Under the pieces are notes generated by a model that did no database searches, was not told where the DNA came from, and was given only the letters and a program-made list of their open reading frames with translations. Source: Eledone cirrhosa (Eukaryota). From it: a stretch of DNA of 64,000 nucleotides. The stretch covers positions 1 to 64,000 of the forward strand of contig CAXHJY010001643.1 of assembly GCA_964016885.1 (NCBI GenBank), written 5' to 3'. The first letter of the stretch is position 1. Each line of letters opens with the position of its first letter. Both the position numbers and the translations under genes were made by a program. This document shows positions 13,697-28,700 of the stretch, one piece after another.

Positions 13697-15910
13697 GTAT
13701 TTATATATATATATATGTATTTATATATATATATATGTATTTATATATATATATACATTATATATATATATATATACATTATATATATATATATACATAT
13801 ATATACATATATATATATATATACATATATATACATATATATATATATACATATATACATATATATTGCATACAAATATATAAACATATATATATATATT
13901 TGCATACAAATATATAAACATATATATATATATTTGCATACAAATATATAAACATATATATATATATAAATACGTGCACATACATACACATATACACATA
14001 TACACATATACATATAAAAGCTCATACTCAAACAATGAAAGTATGTAGTACTGTAGTACTGTACTACTATATATGTCTAAGAAGACAAGAATTATGTCGG
14101 CCATTTCCAATCTCATACAGTAATGAGCCGACAAACGTGGCCAAGAAAAATTTGATCGTTAAAGAATAGGGTTATCATCATTTATCGTAACAGGTTGAAG
14201 TAAAGATGGCGGATTTTACGTTGAAAATGTGGCAGGTTACTTTTCTAACGAGGCAACTACAGATTAACGGAGACGACTTTTATAGCTAATCGTTTGCACT
14301 TAGGCGCTCAATATCTCAGTGTTTTAAATATATCTGGTGGCTATCAGCCAATCATGTGCTACACTCCACTGCCTAACAGAGTGAAATTAACCGTCTTCCT
14401 TTTGACGTAAATACACACACAATGTATATATATATGTATGTATAAATATAATATATATATATATGTATATATATGTATATATATACGGGTGCATATACAT
14501 ATATGTATGAATATATATTTACATGCATACAAATGCAAACATTACATACATACGTACGTACACACATACACACACACACACACACATATATATAAATATA
14601 TATATACGCATGTATATAAATATTTGTAAGTGTGTGTGTGTGTGTGCCTGTGTTTGTGTGTGCAAGTGTGTGTATGTGTGTGAGAGTGATGCCTAGCTTG
14701 AAGGCATATACTTGTTTTTCTCTGACACTTGAATAATTACACATATCCGACAAACCTGACAATGTTGGGCTAACAACCTACCCCTGACGCAGCCCTCCAA
14801 GCGAAACCAGGGTGTGTATATATTATGTCTGTATTGTGCTCTAGCTCTGTATGCTTCTGTGAGCATACGTATGTTTGCGGCTGTCTCTATGTATGCATGT
14901 ACATATGTATGTATATATGTGTGTACGTATGTATGTATATATGTGTGTATGTATGTATGTATGTGTGTATGTATGTATATATGTATATATGTATCTATGT
15001 ATGTACATATGTATGTATGTGTGTATGTATGTGTGTATGTATGTATGTGTGTATGTATGTATGCATGTACATATGTATGCATGTACATATGTATGTATGT
15101 ATGTATGTGTGTAAGTGTGTATGTGTGTATGTGTGTATGTATGTATTTATGTACATATGTGTGTATGTATGTGTGTATGTATGTGTGTATGTATGTGTGT
15201 ATGTATGTGTGTATGTATGTGTGTATGTATATATGTATGTATGTGCGTATGTATGTATGTATGTATGTATGTATGTATGTGTGTATGTATGTGTGTCTGT
15301 ATGTATGTTTGTATGTATGTGTTTGTGAATAGGTATTTCTGAGAAAGAGGATTTAAGAGAGGGTGTTCCTGTATATGTCAGTGTATGTGTGTGTGTGTGT
15401 GTATGTGTGTGTATGTGTGTGTACGTGTGTGTATGTGTGTGTATGTGTGTGTGAGAGAAGCGAGGATATGTGACTGTTCAGTAATGTATGGAGAAATGAC
15501 TATGTGAATGTGTGTGTAAGTATACAGACGTGTGCATGTGTGTGTGTAAGTATGTAGACGGCGGTGTGAATGTGTGTGTATGTAGACGGTGGTGTGAATG
15601 TGTATATATGTGAATGTGTATATATGTGAATATGTATATATATGAATGTGTATATATATGAGTATGTATATATATGAATGTGTATATATATGAATGTGTA
15701 TATATATGAATGTGTATATATATGAATATGTATATATGTGAATGTGCATATATGTGAATGTGTATATATGTGAATGTGTATATATGTGAATGTGTATATA
15801 TGTGAGTATGTATATATATGAATATGTATATATATGAATGTGTATATATGTGAATGTGTATATATGTGAATATTGATATATGTGAATGTGTATATATGTG
15901 AATATGTATA
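13409..15910. repeat. Cluster of TA / TATG / GAATGTGTATATAT simple repeats (interrupted by unique 14015-14410)
   Basis: Direct inspection. Confidence 0.85.
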
Positions 15911-16245
15911 ATCAAAACTAGAACTGACATAGTTTCAGCAGAGAGTATTATGTCTTTTAGCAGATGTTATCATCAATGGTATACAGTTCTTTGGCTACAA
16001 CCAAAGAGACAGAATCATGGTGTACAAAAGAGAGACGGAGTGGTGGGGTGCCTGAGTCACCCCTGGGTGGCCCACCCCTCCCTTTTGGGGAATTTATTTT
16101 GTTATATTTTTATTGATAATTGTCTTTGTTAATTTGTTTGTTGTCGATTTTATTGAAAGCCAGCACTGTCCCCGCGTTGTCCCCTATCTGTTGACCATAG
16201 CAGCCGATAAAAAATTATTATTATTATTTTTTTAAGATGGAGTCG

Positions 16246-16567
16246 TCGGTGGATGGGAAGTATTGGTACAGGGCAGGGCAACATGTTTGTGGCATGTAGT
16301 TACGGACTTTTAGGTTCTGAGCTCAAATCACGGCGAGGTTAGCTTTGCCATTCATCCTTACGGGGTCGGTCGATAAAATAAAATACCAGTAATGCACTGG
16401 GGTCGATTTAATTGACTTTCCCCTTCCCCTAAAATTGTTGGGCCTTGTGCCTATATCAGAGACCATTAGGTTGACTTTGCCTTTCATCCTTACGGGGTCG
16501 ATAAAATAAAGTACCAGTAATGCACTGGGTAATTGCTGGCCTTGTGCCTAAAGTAGAAACAATTATT
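16246..16567 (+). mobile_element. SINE family 1 head-to-tail dimer
   Basis: Full unit to about 16467, then a 5'-truncated unit 16468-16567. Confidence 0.8.
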
Positions 16568-16889
16568 GTATAAGAGGAGGAGAAGGGGATGGAGGTGGGC
16601 GAGAAGAAGAAGAAGAAGAAGAAGAAGAAGAGGAGGAGGAGATGTAGAATCTAGTGTAAGCTAGCGTATGACATAAGTATTTCATAATTGTAATTACTAT
16701 TTCAAACATATATTTGTAGTCTTGAAGGGATATCAATCAATTCTTTGTAGAAACAACTGTTTAGTAAGTTCTTAGAAACTTCCAGAAGGATAGCAGATAT
16801 TTAATTAACAATTCTCTTGTCACTAAAGGCAATACAGATTTCATTAATTGCTCCGCGTGTATACACGCACCATTCTCATATACTTACAT

Positions 16890-18925
<2,036 letters not shown>

Positions 18926-19186
18926 TCGACATGGAGGTATAACTTACTTCTAAAAGATATGTGAAGTGGAATATAAGGAAACTTATATAACCTCGGATTA
19001 CTTTCTAAGTTACCTGCATCTCGAATATAATTCGTGAGACAGGTAATATAGAGAATGAGACTTGGCAGGTAGAGCTGTAGATTAGGAATGACAACAATGA
19101 AGGCGAGGAGTGGCGTTGCTAGATAGCATTTTTTGTAAGTAGAGAGAATATATATATACGTACATATACATATATATACATATATA

Positions 19187-19266
<80 letters not shown>

Positions 19267-19298
19267 CATACATATATATATATATGTTTGTAATCTTT

Positions 19299-19574
19299 TC
19301 ATTTCACTGCTACCTTTTCTTGATTATAGGAGCTTACAGACATTTTTGAATTTGCAGCTGAAGTTGGTAATTTAACCTGGTCCAGTATCCACGGGCTGTT
19401 TAATATGTCATGTATCTTCAACCGTGACTCGGGTTCTGGATATAAAATCCCCTTTATGAGATTTTTGCAAGCACGCGATATATTCCTTTTTTTTCTGAAA
19501 TTAAACCTCTGGTGCAACTGGTCAGCTATGGCTTTCTTAATATTGCTGTCATCAAATGGCATTGCGGCACATAT
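19299..19574 (-). CDS. TSSK: TSSK coding exon 4 (91 aa + stop)
   Basis: Acceptor CTTCAG|, [14 protein letters not shown]...[23 protein letters not shown]...TGA. Spliced CDS 288+149+208+276=921 nt, 306 aa, no stops. Confidence 0.93.
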   Translation of the reverse strand: MCAAMPFDDSNIKKAIADQLHQRFNFRKKRNISRACKNLIKGILYPEPESRLKIHDILNSPWILDQVKLPTSAANSKMSVSSYNQEKVAVK

Positions 19575-20470
19575 CTGAAGAATAAAAATACCTCTAGATA
19601 AAATGCCACCTAAAATGTTTGACAAATATACTGAAAATATATACCAAATGATGTAAAACTAGTTGATTTTCGTTTAAATCGTGATTTTTTTTGTCAACTA
19701 ACCAGACTGGATTCCAAAAGTGTCAGGAACGCTGGGGTCGGTGTATTGCTGCTCAAGGTGACAATTTCGAAGGAAATGATGTTAAGACCAAGGAAAATAT
19801 ATATTCCACGAATTTCTGATACTATCTCGTATATTTAACAAAAATTATATAGTCTATTCTACAATAAAACCTACTTCATATTATGTAATATGAATGTATA
19901 TATTAGAGAAAAAGTATTCACTATTCATAGTTAAGTTTAGTACTTCGTCTGAACGACTCTAAAGAAGTGTGTTATTTACGCAGCAACAGATAGCTTGGAG
20001 CAATTGCTCTCAGAATATTGGAACAGAAAATAACCTCCTGTTCGTATTTTGTCTTTGTACAATTAAACAAATCAGGGCCTCTAGGTTTCATAAGAGAGAA
20101 CTGTGAGACAAATCACAACTCCTTGGTTATATTTAAAATGGAGGCTTCTGATAAACGTTAGAACAGAGTAGTCATGCTAAATGACCCAAAACTAAGAGAG
20201 GTGCTAAATTAGTTGACAGATTATTTCTACAATCATTTACGAACATCCTCCACTGAAATATTGCTCTTGGAAATGTTCCTCTTGTTTAACAAATGTAATT
20301 AAATATATAATAGTGGTCGTTAATGTCCCCCCCCCCCCCCAACCAAAAAAGGGACAACATAATTGTGAATAGGTTTCTACCAGAAACAAACTATTCAAGA
20401 CCTTACCAGTTTCACAAGTTTCAGTATTTTCAAGTGTTAAGAGAGAAGGAAAGATATGTGGCTATGCGAG

Positions 20471-20867
20471 TACTGACATACGGCGTTTCTTGAGCAATTT
20501 AAATCTGGCAAAGCCCATCCCTCTCCAGGCCTGAGTACAGCAGATTTCTTCCAGAGAAGGATAGGAAGTGAGAGAGAGGAAATGAGAAAGAGTTATAGAA
20601 GAAGAATTGACCCCAGTACTAGGCTGGTACTGTATATATATATATATATATATATATATGGAGGGACAGGGTGAGAGAGGGGAAATGAGAAAGAGATATA
20701 CAGGAAGAATCGACTCCAGTACTAGACTGGCACTTTTTTTTATCGACCTCGAAAGGATGAAAGGCAAAGTTGACCTCGGTGGGATTTGAACTCAGAGAGT
20801 AGAGAGCCGGAATGAATACCACAAAGTATTCTATCTGATGTTCTAACGACTCTGACAATTCGCCGCC
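20471..20867 (-). mobile_element. SINE family 1b (different head, long 3' extension) in TSSK intron 3
   Basis: Same core. Head GGCGGCGAATTG.CAGAGTCGTTAGAAC. The 3' extension is shared with the 23843 copy. Confidence 0.75.
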
Positions 20868-20932
20868 TACACATACTACTTATGTTATATACAATTGATA
20901 GACTTATTAATTTTTGGTAACGAAAACATTAC

Positions 20933-21140
20933 CATATTGTAAAGAATCACGCCTAGGGCCCATAGATCATGTAGAACAGGGTTGTACGGGATTCCTTGTA
21001 ATATCTCTGGAGGTGCATATGCAGCACTGCCACAGAACGTCTTCAACAAATCGTTTGTTTGGAAGTACCTGGCAAAGCCAAAATCAGTCAGTTTAATGTT
21101 GTTTTCACCATCTAACATAATGTTTTCACATTTCAGGTCC
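20933..21140 (-). CDS. TSSK: TSSK coding exon 3 (208 nt; catalytic and activation loops)
   Basis: Acceptor CCAACAG|G, then [10 protein letters not shown]...DFGFAR...[13 protein letters not shown]...[12 protein letters not shown], donor |GTAATG. HRDLKCEN and TFCGSAAY are TSSK hallmarks. Confidence 0.95.
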
Positions 21141-22106
21141 CTGTTGGAAAAGAAAAAGAAAATCAGCAAACAAAGACAGTCACACGAAAGCGCATGCGCA
21201 TGCACGCGAGTGCACATACACACACGTCTCCACACGAAAGTGGAGACACGCACCATACACGTACACATAAGCTAGCGCACATACAAACATACACATAAAT
21301 CAACACGTACACACACACACACATGAACGAAAACATAGTCACACATGCACACATAAATCAACAGACACACACACAACCCTCCCCCCATACAAACCTAACC
21401 AACACATAATCACACACAGTGACACCCTCATCCAAACAAACACATACACATGTAAACCAAAACACACACACACACATGTAAACAGACACAGACACCTTCA
21501 TCAAAACACACACATACACACACGTAAAGCAACACACACACACACAGACACATTCATCGAAACACACACTTAAAGAGTACACAAACTGGTTTTCCCTGGC
21601 GATCTTCTTCTGTTTCATTCAACAATGACCAATCTACTTCTGTCTTTGTTCCGTCCTTATCCAAGGCAAGCTACGTAGTTTCACATAAAATAATGTAGAA
21701 TATGTTTAGATTCTCAAACTGTGAAATACACGTCTTTCTCAATGCACATCCAACATGTTTAATGTTACTTTAAGCTAGTTTTAGGATTCACAAGAGTAGG
21801 CTTTAGTTTACTTGGTCTTGTCAAATCTCATCAAATCAGAATTAAAACTTCTTAAAAATAAATGCTATTAGTTGAGAAAAATATCTGCTTTTGCAAATCT
21901 TCGTATATTACTTGGTTGGTCGGACAATGAGATTCAAGGGAAAATCCTAGGATTTATCTCTTCTGTCTGTGTTTCAGTTATTACCATCGCTGACGAGGTT
22001 GGAGTCGACGTATGTATTTGATGGAAGCAACACGGAGTTTTATGATTTTGAAGCCAACTTCTGAAAAGCTAATCTCTACCTACACCTGCTCCCCCCCACA
22101 CACATA

Positions 22107-22215
22107 CAGTGCATTACTGGTACTTCATTTTATCAACCCAGTAAAGATGAAAGGCAAAGCTAACCTCGACGGGATTTAAACGCAGAACGTAAAGGGCCGT
22201 AACTCCATGCTGCAA
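22107..22215 (-). mobile_element. SINE family 1 fragment in TSSK intron 2
   Basis: Core and partial head. Confidence 0.75.
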
Positions 22216-22316
22216 ATAATAATAATAATAATAGCAGCTGCGCTATAGCAGATATCCATCGAATTATAAGAAGCAGCCAATATATATATATATATTTATA
22301 TATATATGTGTGTGTG

Positions 22317-22379
<63 letters not shown>

Positions 22380-23842
22380 ATGTGTGTGTGTGTGTGTCGA
22401 TCATACGCATCAGCAAGTTATAATGCAAGTTAGAATCAATCTAAATATTTTAAGGAGTGTTTATTATTGGAGTCGCCCGAAGAACCAGTCTTTTGGATAA
22501 GGTACACCTAACTCTGCACGGTATCTTCCAGCATATTATTTGTAACGGGATTTACCTATCACACATCCTTCACCATATGCACTTTTTTCCTTTAGACAAT
22601 TTGCGGTTTAGCCTTCAAAACGATACATATTTGACAAGGTAAAATTTGACATGTGCTTCAAACGAGTTTGCAAAAGATATACGAAATTTTAAAAGAAAAC
22701 CTACAGGCTTCACTCAAAATCATGTTCTCATTTTCCTTAGCTTCTAACGGTACATAAAGAAGTTACCATGAAAATAAATCGCCAGTGAGGCAATAACAAG
22801 CAAAAGAATAACTATAGACTAAGAAAGGTCCTGCTCCAGGATAAGATTAAGCTTGATGAGAAGTGTGTAGAGACCATTGTTAATACGATAGTGAAGTCAT
22901 TGTGCTTCCACTGGAATAGACGTAATAAAAATGTTGCCTGACACAACAGCTCAGTCTACCAGAGTGAGGAAGGATTACGATTTACTTCATGCTTGGCAGA
23001 AATGCTCAGCAGGCGTGACCAAGAATCAGTATGATAAGAACAAGAAAAGATTTTCTATGCACTTTCTGGGGACCATTGCATGGTGAAGGTTGTTCAGGAA
23101 ATCCTCTACAAACATGGAAAACACAAAACACAAGCATATTCCTCAGTAATCGCCACCGGCTACACTATTTCCAATAGCTGATGATGATGATTAAAAACCA
23201 GACATTTTAGAAAAATCCTATTGTTCAGCACTTGCTAGAAAAGTTCTGTTGTTTACACAGACAATGACGAATATAAACGCAACTACACACCTAGAAATAA
23301 AATATATCTGAAAAGACACTACTTATCCAGGTTGATCATTCTGAGCTATTGCCCATAGAAAAAATATATGAAATGACCTGGTTTTTCATGATCCATATTA
23401 CTTCTATATACATTCATACCTTTTATTCAGCGACAACTAAAGTAAAAGCAACTTAAACGGATAAACTGTCTGATACAGCTTAGATAACTTACATTTCATT
23501 TCTACTTTCTTACGATTGCGAATATCACCAGAAAATAGACATATTAACAATATTGATTTAGGTGAACCTTCATTAATTGTATTCTTAAAACCATTTATTG
23601 CATGAATTAAAAAAATGATAAAACGCATTTCTGTTCTATTTCAAGGAGCCAAGAAGTTTTCAATAGGAATATTCAACACAGTATTAATCATGTAAGTTAT
23701 GTAGCATCATTCGTCATGCGCTTACGTCAACTATATATTAGAAAAGTCCTCACAGTATTTTGTACCAGAAACTTAGACAATTCTCCACCACAGTATGCTA
23801 TGGTATAGTCCCGTAACTCATGATAGAGTCGTATGGGCACCC

Positions 23843-24111
23843 TATTGACATATGGCGTTTCTTGGGCATTTTAAGACTGGCGGAGCCCATCGCTCTCTAG
23901 TCCTGAGTACAGCATATTTCTTCCAGAGAAATATAGAATGTGAGAGGAAATGAGAAAGAGCTATAGAGGACGAACCGACCCCAGTACCAGACTGGTTCTT
24001 TTTTAATCGACCTAAAAAGGATGAAAGGTAAAGTTGACCTCGGTGGGATTTGAACTCAGAGAGCAGAGAGTCGGAACGAAGACCATAAAGCATTCTATCT
24101 GACGTTCTAAC
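23843..24111 (-). mobile_element. SINE family 1b in TSSK intron 2
   Basis: Collinear with 20471-20867. Older related copies at 10269-10413, 25145-25225 and 51355-51495. Confidence 0.75.
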
Positions 24112-24439
24112 GAATTGATAATCCAAGTGTACAATCGGAATTGATGGAGATGCCCTATAGAAAAAGGCTTTCAAATTATAACAATTCTATTTCGGTTTAA
24201 GCATTTAATTTTCCAAATATATACTTGTGTGGTTTGAGTAAGATTCAACTGCTTTATCCAGTAGATCGAATGGACGTATAGAAGCTTCTGTTGGTTTAGT
24301 CCAAACCACATGTCGCTACATCTCATAATGGAAATCATTACAATGGGTTTATTTTACATTACAGAAATCTAAAATTATAATGTCAAATAGTTTCTATTTC
24401 AAGACACTCTACATCTCACTACACATGTGATATCTCCAC

Positions 24440-24630
24440 ACTATCTTTTCTATCTCTTTCATGGTGTCTGCCTCCCCGAATTGGCTGCATTTCTACGACA
24501 TTTCTTCGCAGTAACTCATGTTTATTTCCTTCTCTCGTTATACACATTGTATCTTGTCCACTCGGCACTAACCATTTCCTCCAACCTATTCTTCCTAAAC
24601 TGTGACACATCTGCAACTGAGACCCTCACC
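24440..24630 (-). pseudogene. Possible decayed LINE ORF2 C-terminal fragment in TSSK intron 2
   Basis: Minus frames read RVSVADV..FRKNRL.. and ..RGGR.., loosely like the RTE C-terminus. Heavily degraded. Confidence 0.25.
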
Positions 24631-24715
24631 CTATTTTCATCCCACGGTCAATGTTTAACATGAACAGCAACCCTATCAACCACTCCAGTATCAATAGCAT
24701 AATTATAACACTTAC

Positions 24716-24864
24716 CTGTGCACTATGAAGTTTGAATGAAGATAATTTACTGCATTAACTATGGGGAGGTACATTTTTCTGGAATTCGCTTCGCTTAAAC
24801 TGCCTCTCAAGTTGATATACTCCAGCAGTGTGCCATGACTCGCAAATTCCATGATGATAAATGT
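24716..24864 (-). CDS. TSSK: TSSK coding exon 2 (149 nt; not in ORF track)
   Basis: Read manually: acceptor TCACAG|, TFIIMEFASHGTLLEYINLRGSLSEANSRKMYLPIVNAVNYLHSNFIVH-AG, donor |GTAAG. Phase joins exon 3 to build HRD. Confidence 0.93.
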
Positions 24865-26120
24865 CTGTGATTAGAGTTATGACACATCATTGGGTTTACA
24901 CAAGCCAGAAAAATTAAACTTATAATAAGATATATGACAAGATTATTATTCATCACATGTGCAAATAACACTGACAGACGAATACAATATGGAGGTGTTT
25001 ATGTAGACGCCCAACTTGGGACAAAAGTCAATGTTTACCCTACACTCTTATGAAAGGATACGGTAGTAAATATAGACTTGCGTCTCTTGCATATAGAAAC
25101 ATGTTTCACATTTTACAGTTCCGTAAATATACTTGCAATTTCCCAGTGAGCCATGTTTTATTGACTGCAGGAAGATTAAATACAAAATTTGCTTCGGTGG
25201 AATTTGATCTCAGAACGTGACAACATGAAGTTAAATGTTATCTGTCTATGTTCCCATTTCAAGATGGCGATATTATTTGAGTTGTTGATCTTCAGCCTGA
25301 GTTTGTCCCTGTCATTAATTAAGCAGAACTATGATATAATCTAAGTTGTTTAGAAACAGATCAGTTCTGATTATGTAGAACTATGATATCATTTGAGTTG
25401 TCTAGCCTATATATCAGTTCTGATTAAGCCAAATTGATTGAATCTATGACTATTGCTTATTTTTAGGAGGGACGTGGCTTAAACTACATACCCATTAAGT
25501 GTGTTCTTTAAGCAGTTATGGTATGATATTTTGGATACTATTTCTAATAGGTGGAGTGACAATGTTCAACTATCTTCAGCTCGCCACTGAACCCTGGAAG
25601 CAACTTTATTGTACGAAATTACATCGGAACGTTAGAATGTGATACTTAGTGAAATAAGATGAGATGAAAGGTTGAATTATCTTGAATCACTGAATGAATT
25701 CCACGAGATGATATAAGATAGTTGAGTTGATAGGATCTTTAACAGACGTGCTATCTATCACCAACACAATGAAAATTACTAATTCAATATGTAATATAAT
25801 TTGAAATTATATGGTAATACCTATGGGCACGATAGTTAATATTTTGGACGAAGGAATATAATTTAGCTAGGTTAACTGTGGGGTTAAATTACGTGTTGTG
25901 ACATAAATTACAACGAAAGGGAATTCAACATGGTGGGCTAAATTAAATGAGTTGATGATAGTGTCTTCATACCCTTACCATATGACCTTCATAATGGAAA
26001 TATCTGATGCAATAATTTAGAATAGCAAATAATCCTCATACACAAGCACTCTCACACACAGGCATGTGAGTGTGGGGATATATTTTTGCTGCTTTACAGG
26101 GGGGAAATGAATGAACTAAC

Positions 26121-26408
26121 CTTTTTCTCAATCGTGAGTATCTCGTAAACAGCAGCTATATTTGGATGTGTAACCGCTTGGACTATTGCAATTTCTCTTG
26201 GTAAAAATCGATCTCTAAACTCAGCCGGAATTTTATTCAAATCAATGATTTTGATAGCGACCTTTTTGCGCTCGTTTTCACTGAAGCCCAATTTAACTTT
26301 ACTGTATGACCCATGACCGATAGTTGGACCAAATTTATATCCGCTTATCTCTAGTTGGTTGTCTTCCGAATAGCGCGTTGATTTCTGTGTTTCCGCGTCA
26401 ACATTCAT
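26121..26408 (-). CDS. TSSK: Testis-specific Ser/Thr kinase (TSSK family), coding exon 1 (96 codons)
   Basis: MNVDAE...IGHGSYSKVK (Gly-rich loop), VAIKII (catalytic Lys), FLPREI (helix C Glu), HPNI. In-frame TGA at 26415-26417 upstream of the ATG. Donor AAG|GTTAGT at 26121/26120, phase 0. Confidence 0.93.
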
Positions 26409-26748
26409 GTTTAGTCATTTTGAGATTCAGTAATGATGGTAGCTTTTCTAATTTGGGGGAGTCTTGTTGTTTTTGGTCTAAGGTTTTGATCTTTTTTGAA
26501 GAAATATTTCTGTCCCTTTTTCTAGTTATACGATCGAAAGTTTCGAAACGGTCGAAATTGCAACCAGAAAATCATTTCCCTTCCATATTTTTCAGTGAAA
26601 CGATCGATAAAATATAAATAAATGAGAACATTTAATTTAATAATTGATAGTAAAATGAAATAAAAAAAATTCTTCCTACTTTTAATTTATATTTTATTTT
26701 TCTTATTTTTTCTTTACGTATTTCCTCGTGGTTGTATAACATTCATTT

Positions 26749-26758
26749 ATGACGTCAT
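26749..26758. promoter_or_regulatory. Palindromic CRE (ATGACGTCAT) upstream of TSSK
   Basis: Perfect TGACGTCA at 26750-26757, about 340 bp 5' of the start codon. A CCAAT lies at 26850-26854. Confidence 0.55.
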
Positions 26759-27392
26759 AGCAAACTGTTGTCTTTGCGTACTGAGATTTGCCACAACATA
26801 TCCATTTAGCGACCGTTATAGAAGAATATTATTTTTACAATGTTTTGGTCCAATCGAAGGTATGAAAGAAATCCCTTGCTTAAGGTGGCAGTGGAATAAA
26901 GCATCTATGTGGGAATAAAATGTCGAACTCAGACCGTATATATTACATATACATTTAAATTTGTTCTAATCCTTCCGCCAATTTATCGCAAGTACTCATT
27001 AATGTCTTAGAATAGTTAGTATACTTGATTGATAAATTTTATTTATATCCTGAATATATTATGTAAATACAGTTTAATAGAAAAAGAAAAAAAGAAAATT
27101 TAGATTGAGAAGAAAGAATGGAAATATAAAATAAGAAAATATAAAGAAAGAACGGAAAAGGGAGAGAATGGCAAGGATTCTAGTATCACTGAAGAATGTG
27201 GAGGGTGTTGATGATTGGGTTCTGAGTCCAGGGCGCGGGGTGATGGGGACAAGGGCATTAAAGCTTTCAACAAGTTATAGTTGAATCGGTGAGATGTTCA
27301 AATGGCAACGGCACACAACAGCAACAACATCACCAACAACACTAACACCCCAACAAACACTCCCTCACCACAACGACCATCAACAGCAACAA

Positions 27393-27600
27393 TCGGTGAA
27401 TTGGCAGACACCCTGCTTTTCTACACAGAGTTATGGCCCTTTACATTCTTACTTCAAATCCTGCCGAGGTTAACTTTGCCTTTCATCCTTACAGGGTCGA
27501 TAAAATAAAGTACCAGTAATGTACTGGGGTCAATTTAATCCGACTTTCTCCTGCCCTAAAATTGCTGGCCTTGTGCCTAAAAGTAGAAACATTATTATTA
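27393..27600 (+). mobile_element. SINE family 1
   Basis: Core and long tail ending in (ATT)n. Confidence 0.8.
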
Positions 27601-27764
27601 TTATTATTATTGTTATTATTTCTTTTATTAGCCACAAGCACCTAAAACTTTTGTGACGATATAAGGATATAATTGTTTCCACCTTTGGCAGCAGGCCAGC
27701 AATGACCCCGTAATTAACCATAATTACCTAATTGTAGGCATTCTCCGAATACGAATAACCATTG

Positions 27765-28065
27765 CTTTGCATTTAGAAAGCTCCCCTCCGAGGCAGAAGC
27801 ATGGGCAAGGTTGTTTGTGGAAGACCAGCAATTACCCATGTATACTGGTCTCCCCTCTCCTGGTCACCATGTTGACCAAGGAAAGGCAATGACTGATACA
27901 GCTAGACACCAGTGACCTCGTAGCTCATTTCTACAGCTGAGTTAATTGAAGCAACGAGCAATAATGTGTCTTGCTCAAGGACACATCGCATCATCCAATA
28001 CGGGAATCGAACTAACAAATTATCGATTGCAAGCCCAACGATCTAACCACTAAGTCATGCACCTT
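27765..28065 (-). mobile_element. tRNA-derived SINE family 2 (CORE-like motif)
   Basis: Minus strand: tRNA head (GTTCGATTCCC), CCTTGAGCAAGACAC. A second copy lies at 938-1052. Confidence 0.7.
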
Positions 28066-28700
28066 CCTAAATATACTAATTACGCACAAATTGAATATTC
28101 AAGACTGAATTTTACCAGAAAGTGGTATGTTATGAAAACGGCTAACATCTTTTAGATAGAAATTTAAATTATTAATATGACTTCATTGATAGTGAAAAAA
28201 ACATAGCTCTAATTTGCTAATTCTATTTTATTTAATAAGCAGCCAATTTTAATGAAACGTTAGTATATAGAAGTTATTCTTTCCAATTAATTATAGTTGG
28301 AATCAACTGAATTTCAGATTTATCTTCATATTGTTGAAGTACAATTAAAGTGGTTTGTATCCTTATTTTAATGAGTAACAGTTTGAAGAAAATAATCAAC
28401 AGCAAGAAACAAAGAGGAAATAAAAATGAAATGAAATGCGAAGGCCAATTAACAAACTCAACTAATAAACATTATTCAATTAGATAAATATAAATTTCTT
28501 ACATCGTTTGGATGTCACATTTCTTAGGAGTCGTTTAAAGATTCACTAATAATATTAGTATAGAGACCCTTGAATTGTAAAGTTGCTGAGTTTGACATAT
28601 TAGGAATAGAAATGTTTCTATGATGGGAGAAGTAAGATAGGGATATAATGAGACACTTTGCTGTGTTACACAGTCTACTTCTCATTATATTGCATAGATT

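Noticed and set aside
19575-19625. N-terminal part of track ORF 19299-19625 (and 21141-21268, 26094-26120)
   Set aside because: Intronic read-through beyond the identified splice sites.
26324-26617. 97-aa plus-strand ORF
   Set aside because: Antisense shadow of TSSK exon 1 and its leader; no recognisable motif.
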